Of a stretch of DNA of 64,000 bases, positions 57,071 to 64,000 are shown one piece after another. Numbering within the stretch: the first letter of the stretch is position 1; each line of letters starts with the position of its first letter. A program made the translations under genes and the position numbers. A model generated the notes under the pieces. It had not been told where the DNA came from. It made no database searches and saw only the letters and a list, made by a program, of their open reading frames with translations. The stretch is taken from positions 1 through 64,000 of IMG/VR virus record IMGVR_UViG_3300030119_000590, one strand, 5' to 3'. The stretch comes from a virus.

Positions 57071-59788
57071 ATGGCAGAACGAATTGTAAGTCCAGCAGTA
57101 TTTACCAACGAAATTGATCAAACGTTTCTTACACAAGGTATCCAACAAATAGGTGGAGCAGTTGTAGGTCCTTTCAAACGAGGCCCTGCGTATGCACCAA
57201 CTGTTGTCAGAAACCAAGGAGACTTAGAAGATTTATTTGGTATCCCCGAGGGGGAATATTATCAACCATTCACAGCACGTGAGTATTTGCATCATCAAGG
57301 TGTCGTAACTATCGTTAGAACAGGTTCTCTCGGTGGTTATATTCAAAACAATCCACTCATTATTACTGCAAAAGTGGAAGAAGCAAATTGTGAGTTGATA
57401 CAAGAGAACAGAGTTAAAGCAGGCCTTGAAAGTGGTACTTGTGATATTCAAGTAGGTGATGAAACCGTTATCGGAGTTCTTGCTAATACACTTTATCAAA
57501 CATCATCAAGTGAAGCACCTGTAATAAATAACACAGGATTCCTTGGTTCAGTTATCGATCCAGCAACCAATCTTATGTACTTTACAGAAAGTGAACTTGA
57601 CGATGGAACAACCGTTGTAGATTCAAACTTATCTTCCAAACTACATCTAAGAACAACTCTTGATGAAGACGGAAATCCAGGTACAATTGACGATCAAAGC
57701 ATTGTATCTGTAAAGTATGACATTCATACAGGTGAAAGAATCGTAAGTGATTATGTATTTTCAATTGACCCACGTGATCCAAATAGTTTGCAAAACATTT
57801 TTGGAAGATCACCAAAGAAAAATATCGAACCTGCATATTTTCATGCTTACTTTGAAAATGCTCAAGCAGAAATTTATAGTAACATCGTATTCGGTGCTAA
57901 GTACAGAATTGAGTGTACAACTGAAGTAGGTGGTAAAGTTATTGATCCTGATGAAGACGTAGCAAGTGCATTGCAGTTCCAATCAGCAGAGCGTGATGAA
58001 GACAGAGACGAGTTTCCATTTGGAAATGGACGTGGTATGTTCTCATGTCGTCCTGCCGAAACACCATATGTTCAATCACAAGAAATTAGTGGTCGTAGGT
58101 ATGATTTGTTTAAGGTGTTTACGAGAAATATGGGAACATCTGCAAATCGTGAAATCAAGATTGCTATATCAGATGTAAGAACACCTGGTTCAATCCAAGG
58201 TTCAGATTATGGTACATTTGACTTGACTGTAAGAGGTTTCGGAGATAACGACAAAAACCAAAATATTATTGAGTCATATGACAATGTATCACTTGACCCA
58301 AGTTCACCTCGTTATCTTCCACGTGTAGTTGGTGATCGTTTTACCACAATTGACGCAAGTGGAAAAGTAACAGATCACGGAGATTATGCAAATTCTAGTA
58401 ACTGGATTCGTATTGAAATGAATCCTGATAGTGAAGCACCTTCACAAGCAATGCCTTATGGTCACGGTGCTTACTTCTCAACGGTTGCTGGTGTAAATGT
58501 TCCAAGTGCAGTTTACTGCACAGGTTGTTCTCAGTACGAAAGAAATCCAGGTCGTTACTTTAATGGTGCGGTTTTCAATCAAGATTCACCTGATGGTATC
58601 ATTGAGTACCCACTTGGTGCAAAAGACAATGCTGAGTTATTTGCTCCACTTCCAAAAGGTGCAGATGATACAGGAGAAGGTTACTACATGGACCAACCCG
58701 GTGAGTATGTTGAAGAAATTGACGGAGAACGTCAAACATTCCAAGTTGATCCAATTCCAACAAATCCATCACTTGCACAAGAAACTTTGGTCGCAAAGCA
58801 ACGTAGATTCGTTGTAGGTTTCCAAGGTGGATTTGACGGTCATGCTCCAACTCACCCAATCAACTTAGGTGACCAAATTACTGCAAGCAACGTACAAGGT
58901 ATGGATTGTTCATTAAGAAAGTCAACAGGTACAAAAGCATATCTTCATGCGTTTGGTGCATTGAGCAACCAAGACGAGTTTGATATTAACTTGCTTGTTA
59001 CTCCTGGTTTGAGTCTTGACCTTCATCGTTCGGTTGTAAATCGTGGTGTTGATTTATGTGAAACACGTGAGGATGCTTTTTACATTCTTGATTGTGTTTC
59101 TGCAAAGGACCAACCAGGACGAGTGGACGATGCAGTTTCTGAAGCATCTACCATAGATAGTAACTATGCGGCTACTTACTACCCTTGGATTAAGATTATT
59201 GATCCAGCAACCAACAAGTTGCAACCATTCCCACCGAGTTCACTTATGGCATCGGTTTATGCGGCCAACGATAAGGTTTCCGCAGAATGGTTCGCACCTG
59301 CTGGTTTGAATCGTGGTGGTCTTGAGCAAGCAGTATCTGTTATGGACAGACTTAACTTTGCTGAAAGAGACGAATTGTACGAAGGAAAGGTTAATCCGAT
59401 TGCGGCTTTTCCGGGTCAAGGCATCGTTGCTTTTGGTCAGAAGACTCTTCAAAGACGAGCAAGTGCATTGGACAGAATCAATGTGCGTAGATTGCTCATC
59501 ACCGTTAAGAAGTTCATCGCAAGTTCCGCAAGGTATCTTATCTTTGAACAAAACGTAACTGCAACCCGTCAACGTTTCTTGAGTATCGTTAATCCGTATC
59601 TCGAAAACGTACAACAAAGACATGGTTTACATGCGTTCCGTGTAATCATGGACGAATCCAACAACACACCTGACTTGATTGACAGAAACATTCTGTATGG
59701 TCAAATCTTCTTGCAACCAGCAAGAGCAGTTGAGTTCATCGTTCTTGACTTTACACTTCAGTCAACGGGTGCAAGTTTTGAGGGATAA
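57071..59788 (+). CDS. gp18: tail sheath protein (gp18-like)
   Basis: SPAVFTNEID, AVVGPFKRGP, WFAPAGLNRG, DRINVRRL, FEQN, LQPARAVEFI. Confidence 0.96.
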   Translation: MAERIVSPAVFTNEIDQTFLTQGIQQIGGAVVGPFKRGPAYAPTVVRNQGDLEDLFGIPEGEYYQPFTAREYLHHQGVVTIVRTGSLGGYIQNNPLIITAKVEEANCELIQENRVKAGLESGTCDIQVGDETVIGVLANTLYQTSSSEAPVINNTGFLGSVIDPATNLMYFTESELDDGTTVVDSNLSSKLHLRTTLDEDGNPGTIDDQSIVSVKYDIHTGERIVSDYVFSIDPRDPNSLQNIFGRSPKKNIEPAYFHAYFENAQAEIYSNIVFGAKYRIECTTEVGGKVIDPDEDVASALQFQSAERDEDRDEFPFGNGRGMFSCRPAETPYVQSQEISGRRYDLFKVFTRNMGTSANREIKIAISDVRTPGSIQGSDYGTFDLTVRGFGDNDKNQNIIESYDNVSLDPSSPRYLPRVVGDRFTTIDASGKVTDHGDYANSSNWIRIEMNPDSEAPSQAMPYGHGAYFSTVAGVNVPSAVYCTGCSQYERNPGRYFNGAVFNQDSPDGIIEYPLGAKDNAELFAPLPKGADDTGEGYYMDQPGEYVEEIDGERQTFQVDPIPTNPSLAQETLVAKQRRFVVGFQGGFDGHAPTHPINLGDQITASNVQGMDCSLRKSTGTKAYLHAFGALSNQDEFDINLLVTPGLSLDLHRSVVNRGVDLCETREDAFYILDCVSAKDQPGRVDDAVSEASTIDSNYAATYYPWIKIIDPATNKLQPFPPSSLMASVYAANDKVSAEWFAPAGLNRGGLEQAVSVMDRLNFAERDELYEGKVNPIAAFPGQGIVAFGQKTLQRRASALDRINVRRLLITVKKFIASSARYLIFEQNVTATRQRFLSIVNPYLENVQQRHGLHAFRVIMDESNNTPDLIDRNILYGQIFLQPARAVEFIVLDFTLQSTGASFEG

Positions 59789-59823
59789 TTTGTAAAAGTA
59801 ATATAAACTCTTAATAGAAAGTT

Positions 59824-59856
59824 AAAACCCCTTCACGAAAGTGGAGGGGTTTTTTT
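59824..59856 (+). terminator. rho-independent terminator
   Basis: AAAACCCCTTCAC-GAAA-GTGGAGGGGTTTTTTT. Confidence 0.9.
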
Positions 59857-59883
59857 ATGTCGGTATATATTTATTGATATATT

Positions 59884-60588
59884 ATGTCACAACTAAAATT
59901 GACAGATTTACTAGTAGAAATTCAATATGATGAATTCGTTTTGTTTGTACAAAAACATAAGTTAGACGAAGATTGTTCTATATTGAATGAATTGGGTATA
60001 CCCAAACGACTTAAAAAGATTTGGGGGTTTATAAAAGAATTGGCAGACAAGGTGTCGCTGAAGTTGGTGGACTTGGTTAAATTGTTTCTTGATAAAACTG
60101 TATTCAAATTCTTTGCTAAGATTAAGTTTAGCATGGAATGGTTGTACAAACTTGTTAAAAAAGGATTTAAGGCATACAAGGATGTAATAAACGCAATTGG
60201 TGATTATCTTGCAAGTACTAAGGTAGGTAAGTGGACAGAAGAAAAACTCAAGGATTTGGATGCGTTTTTGGCAAAACACCCAAAAACCAAGAGAATTGCT
60301 GGAATGGCAGTTGCGGGTATTCTAATTTATATTTGGTTGAACATGACTTTCACAGGTAATGCTGACTACGACTTTGATATGGGTGATATGATACGAGCAC
60401 TTGGTGGAGGATTCTCGTTATCAACTTTATTTGCAGGACCTGACGGAATGGCGTTATTAACTTTATTCGCAACGGGTATGCTAGGATTATCATTTCCGTG
60501 GCCGGGACCACAACATTTTCAATTCATTGGAGCAGTATTATATGGTTCTGCAAAACTAGTGGGAAAAAAATTAAGGAAAGATAAATAA
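59884..60588 (+). CDS. predicted membrane protein inserted between sheath and tube genes
   Basis: Hydrophobic segments IAGMAVAGILIYIWL and MALLTLFATGMLGLSF; own ATATTTAT motif. Confidence 0.75.
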   Translation: MSQLKLTDLLVEIQYDEFVLFVQKHKLDEDCSILNELGIPKRLKKIWGFIKELADKVSLKLVDLVKLFLDKTVFKFFAKIKFSMEWLYKLVKKGFKAYKDVINAIGDYLASTKVGKWTEEKLKDLDAFLAKHPKTKRIAGMAVAGILIYIWLNMTFTGNADYDFDMGDMIRALGGGFSLSTLFAGPDGMALLTLFATGMLGLSFPWPGPQHFQFIGAVLYGSAKLVGKKLRKDK

Positions 60589-60703
60589 ATATATTTTTTT
60601 GTTTATGACATATTTATCTTTAATATCATTCATAAATGAGGTTTTACAATTTTTGGATAATATTTATTAAAAGTAATCGTTAACAAACTGGAGAATTTAA
60701 AAA

Positions 60704-61195
60704 ATGGCACAAGTAGTTGAAACTCAAGAAATGTTTTTTACGGCCTTTGAACCAAAAACGGCCAATCGTTTTATCATGTATATGGACGGAGTACCTGCAT
60801 ACCTTATTAAAGGTGTAGGAAGACCTAACATCACAATCGATGTTAATACTCTCGACCACATCAACATTAAACGAAAGGTTCGTGCTGGTAAGGCAGAATG
60901 GAATAATATCACACTTTCTATGTACGACCCAATCGTACCAAGTGCGGCGCAGGCTGCAATGGAATGGGTACGTCTCTCTCACGAATCTGTAACAGGAAGA
61001 AATGGTTATGCTGACTTCTACAAGAAGGATCTTACAATCGTTGTTCTTGGTCCAGTAGGTGATTATGTTGAAGAATGGACAATAAAAGGTGCATTCTGTG
61101 CAGGAACTACGTTCTCTGACCTTTCATGGGAAACAGGTGACGTTGCTACTGTTGAGTTGGACATTGCATACGATTATGCAATCCTCCAATACTAA
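60704..61195 (+). CDS. gp19: tail tube protein (gp19-like)
   Basis: FEPKTANRF, WNNITLSMYDP, YKKDLTIVVLGPVG..VEEWTIKGAF. Confidence 0.9.
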   Translation: MAQVVETQEMFFTAFEPKTANRFIMYMDGVPAYLIKGVGRPNITIDVNTLDHINIKRKVRAGKAEWNNITLSMYDPIVPSAAQAAMEWVRLSHESVTGRNGYADFYKKDLTIVVLGPVGDYVEEWTIKGAFCAGTTFSDLSWETGDVATVELDIAYDYAILQY

Positions 61196-61222
61196 TCTAA
61201 ACGAATTACAATCCAGTTTATT

Positions 61223-61252
61223 AAAAAACTCTCCTGACGGAGAGTTTTTTTT
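61223..61252 (+). terminator. rho-independent terminator
   Basis: AAAAAACTCTCC-TGAC-GGAGAGTTTTTTTT. Confidence 0.9.
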
Positions 61253-61275
61253 GTCTGCGTATATATTTATTAAAC

Positions 61276-61614
61276 ATGAACAAGACACAATTAAAAGAAA
61301 CCATCCTTGAACTTTTTGAAGAAGTTAAATCGGACGCATCAAAAGAAAATGTAAACGAAGGTTTAAGCACTGCAATGAATGGTCTTGTTAAATATTTATT
61401 GGGATTGGTCAAGAAAGGAAAATTTCGTAGACCATACGATATAGATGATCGTTCAGGACGTCTTGTGTTTGTAACTGCGGGTGGAAAAAAACTTGTTTTC
61501 CATGATCAAAATATAGGTGTTACCGTTCATAAGTCTTGGAAAGGAAAAAAAGATAGCAACTTCTTTGGATATAATGAAACTGACCGTATCTTGAAGTTTG
61601 CAATGGAAGGATAA
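61276..61614 (+). CDS. hypothetical protein with 'MNKTQLKETILE' N-terminus
   Basis: 112 aa; ATATTTAT lies 5 nt before the ATG. Confidence 0.75.
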   Translation: MNKTQLKETILELFEEVKSDASKENVNEGLSTAMNGLVKYLLGLVKKGKFRRPYDIDDRSGRLVFVTAGGKKLVFHDQNIGVTVHKSWKGKKDSNFFGYNETDRILKFAMEG

Positions 61615-61714
61615 ATTTCCACATTTTTAATATACTTTTTGCAAAAAAGTCTTGCAATATGTATATATATTTGTAAGAGTATATTTTACAAATTACAAAT
61701 AAAGGTTACAAATT

Positions 61715-62644
61715 ATGGCAAACGAAGACGGAAATATAGATATCCCGCAACAGGTTAAAGAGCAGTTGGAGCGTGATGCACAGGAAGCACAGGCTGCCAA
61801 TCAATCAAAAACAGAACCAACCCCAAAGGTTACTGCACCAAATACACAAGCATCTCAACAAACTGACAAAGTTCAAAAGTTTGAGTATCCAAGTGAGGTA
61901 GTTGATCTTCCGAGTCAAGGTTGGTTTTATGAACCAAGTTCACCACTTGCGAGTGGAAAAATTGATATTAAGTACATGACTGCAAAAGAGGAAGATATTC
62001 TTACAAGTCAAAATCTTATCAAAAAGGGTGTAGTGCTTGATAAGTTGCTAGAACAACTTATTGTTACACCAAATGTCAAGTTAGACGAAATTTTAGTAGG
62101 AGACAAAAATGCAATCTTTATCGCTGCTCGTATTCTTGCTTATGGTAAAGACTATAAAATCAAGTTTAAAGACCCATCAAACAATGAAGATGTGGAAGAT
62201 ACTATTGACTTGGCAAAACTAGACGCAAAAGAATTTGACTTTGAAAAGCATGAAAAGGGTCGCAACTTATTTGAATTTGAATTTCCATTTAGTAAACGCA
62301 AGATTCATTGGAGTTTATTAACTCATGCTGATGAGCAAGCAATTGAAACTGAAATGAAGAGTTTAAAAAAGTTCACCAAAAACAAAAACGAAACTACTGA
62401 AATCACCACACGATTAAAGTATGTTATCAAAGCACTTGATGGAGACGAAGACAAAGCACGAATAAAAAGTTTTGTTGACAAAGAACTTCTTGCAAGAGAT
62501 TCACTTGCATTCAGAGAACACGCAAGAAAAAATACACCAGATTTAGATATGACATTTAATTTTGAATCTGAAGATACCGGCTATACGGAAAGGATGACGA
62601 TCCCACTCGGGATCGACTTTTTTTACCCTTCCGCCGGAGTATAA
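61715..62644 (+). CDS. baseplate hub / tail assembly chaperone (T4 gp26-like)
   Basis: VDLPSQG.FY, MTAKEEDILT, GDKNAIFIAARILAYG, C-terminal IPLGIDFF. Confidence 0.8.
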   Translation: MANEDGNIDIPQQVKEQLERDAQEAQAANQSKTEPTPKVTAPNTQASQQTDKVQKFEYPSEVVDLPSQGWFYEPSSPLASGKIDIKYMTAKEEDILTSQNLIKKGVVLDKLLEQLIVTPNVKLDEILVGDKNAIFIAARILAYGKDYKIKFKDPSNNEDVEDTIDLAKLDAKEFDFEKHEKGRNLFEFEFPFSKRKIHWSLLTHADEQAIETEMKSLKKFTKNKNETTEITTRLKYVIKALDGDEDKARIKSFVDKELLARDSLAFREHARKNTPDLDMTFNFESEDTGYTERMTIPLGIDFFYPSAGV

Positions 62645-62873
62645 GGTTCAACTTCACGAAGAGATTTTTAATCTCTGTTATTATAGTCAAGGTGCGTTTA
62701 CTCAAGACATTGCGTACAATTTGCCGATATATCTCAGAAGGTTTTATGCTCGTAAACTTGTTGAAGTAAAAGACAAAGAAAACGAGCAAGTTAAAAAAGC
62801 ACAAGCAAAAGCAAAATCGAGTTCTAGTTCTCGTCCATCAAAACCACCAACTTCTGCAAGATCATATAGGTAA
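62619..62873 (+). CDS. start-less ORF, probable frameshift extension of the gp26-like chaperone (gp51/GT-like)
   Basis: +1 frame reads FFTLPPEYKVQLHEEIFNLCYYSQGAFTQDIAYNLPIYLRRFYARKLVEVKDKENEQVKKAQAK...SYR*. In-frame TGA at 62595; no ATG/GTG. Confidence 0.7.
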   Translation, partial: FFTLPPEYKVQLHEEIFNLCYYSQGAFTQDIAYNLPIYLRRFYARKLVEVKDKENEQVKKAQAKAKSSSSSRPSKPPTSARSYR

Positions 62874-62953
62874 TTTTATCCATCATAAACTGGTGGTAAC
62901 GTATATTTATACGTATATACTATCAATTCCTTTTGTGGATACGATTATTTTAT

Positions 62954-63223
62954 ATGAAAAAGAAACAACAATTAGACGAGCAAGAGCAACTGAACGAGTT
63001 TTTGGGTGCTTTGGTAAAAGCTGTATTTAAATCCAAGGCAACAAAGTTGGGTACGGCTGCATTTGCAGATCCACGACTTAAAAACGCATTTGAAGATTAT
63101 ATCAAGGATACTAAGGAATTTAAGAAAAAACTTAAACGAATAGGTGTCACCAGTACTGATGATTTAAAAAAGGCAATTAAAAAATCCTCCAATATTGATT
63201 CAAATTTACTTGACTGGGAATAG
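62954..63223 (+). CDS. hypothetical protein
   Basis: MKKKQQLDEQEQLNEFLG...; TATTTATA at 62904. Confidence 0.7.
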   Translation: MKKKQQLDEQEQLNEFLGALVKAVFKSKATKLGTAAFADPRLKNAFEDYIKDTKEFKKKLKRIGVTSTDDLKKAIKKSSNIDSNLLDWE

Positions 63224-63235
63224 GGAATCTGACGG

Positions 63236-64000
63236 ATGGCAGACAATCCCACAGATGAAATAGACGTAACGTCAATTACAAGTCAGATTCAAGGATCACT
63301 TGCAGCCTCGTTGTTACCTGACTTGGAATCGGTTGCAAACTTGACTAAACAAGTCAGTCAGAATTTAGTTGATGCAAATTCTGCGGCTAATCTAGACATT
63401 ACCGGTATCGATAATATTAAGGAGATGCAAAATAGTTTAGTAGGTTCACAAGCTGCACTTGAGCAATCAATGACGTTCGCAAAGAAATTCCGAGTCGAAA
63501 TCAGCCAGGCTACAGATAAAGAGCAAGCTGGCCAGATTATTAAAAATGCGTCCACACGCATGGCGGAAAAGATTGCAGAAAAAGAAGCCTTGAGAAACGA
63601 TCATGTGTCTAACAGAATTCCTTTTCTCGAAGACCAGGTCAAATTTGCTCAATCAACTTTAGATTTGATGACCGCAGGCACACCTGAGTATGAACAACAA
63701 GCACAGGCTCTTGCGGCTGCCCAAGAGGAACTTGAAACCGGACAGGTGGCGTTGTCCGCTGTGAACGGTCAGTTGCTTGCCGCCACCAAATATCAAGATG
63801 AATTCTTGGCAGGTCAAGAGATTATGTTGAAAAACGCAGAGTCTATGTCCCAATATCAATTTGGTGTAAAGCAAGCAGTGGGTGCAACTATACAAGAATC
63901 AAGAAGTTTGTTACAAGTAAATCAACAACTGAAAGATGAACTTGATGATTATGGGAATCAGATGCAAAACTTCATGAAGAATTATGGTCCAGTTGCTGAT
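63236..64000 (+). CDS. probable tape measure protein, 5' part (runs off the window)
   Basis: Open frame from ATG 63236 (MADNPTDEIDVTSITSQIQGSLAASLL...) to the window end; Ala/Gln-rich helical; follows tube and chaperone genes. Missing from the ORF track because it has no stop. Confidence 0.7.
   Translation, partial: MADNPTDEIDVTSITSQIQGSLAASLLPDLESVANLTKQVSQNLVDANSAANLDITGIDNIKEMQNSLVGSQAALEQSMTFAKKFRVEISQATDKEQAGQIIKNASTRMAEKIAEKEALRNDHVSNRIPFLEDQVKFAQSTLDLMTAGTPEYEQQAQALAAAQEELETGQVALSAVNGQLLAATKYQDEFLAGQEIMLKNAESMSQYQFGVKQAVGATIQESRSLLQVNQQLKDELDDYGNQMQNFMKNYGPVAD

Noticed and set aside
62617-62770. Canonical -1 frameshift product of the chaperone gene
   Set aside because: The -1 frame gives about 50 codons with atypical composition, while the +1/-2 frame gives a longer, protein-like sequence that fills the gap.
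1321-63895. Many minus-strand and nested alternative-frame ORFs in the track
   Set aside because: They lie within long, motif-bearing + strand genes, have no RBS or recognisable motifs, and mirror codon bias or repeats (for example the GVGVGV ORF opposite the PT tract).
1-64000. Alternative genetic code, tRNA genes or integrase
   Set aside because: Very long ORFs read cleanly in code 11 with all three stop codons used. No cloverleaf or recombinase was noticed by eye; tRNAscan-SE was not run.

Overview
This is 64 kb of an AT-rich, large T4-like contractile-tailed phage (myovirus) genome. All credible genes are on the + strand and read in the standard code. In order: a baseplate/tail-appendage module (gp25- and gp6-like genes, a 3720-aa and a 2154-aa multi-domain virion protein); a DNA metabolism island (RuvC-like resolvase, primase, SbcD/SbcC); a block of probable internal head proteins and enzymes (P-loop kinase, HIGH-nucleotidyltransferase/ligase-fold polyprotein); a Tat-exported DUF1552 gene of bacterial type; terminase, a lipoprotein, portal, protease, scaffold, major capsid, neck, tail terminator, sheath, tube, gp26-like chaperone; and the start of a probable tape measure gene. 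Main oddities: (1) the Mre11/SbcD nuclease is split mid-domain by an inserted GT9 glycosyltransferase gene; (2) an unannotated, start-less ORF after the gp26-like gene seems reachable only by a +1/-2 frameshift on a U7 run; (3) many small proteins share an N-terminal helix and (I/L/V)-x-E sites, suggesting a packaged, protease-processed cargo that includes kinase and ligase-fold enzymes; (4) an unrecognised ~95-aa module occurs seven times across two giant virion proteins; (5) an ATATTTAT(A) motif and sigma70 promoters often sit directly against start codons, suggesting leaderless mRNAs. All assignments come from motif recognition by eye; no database searches were run.
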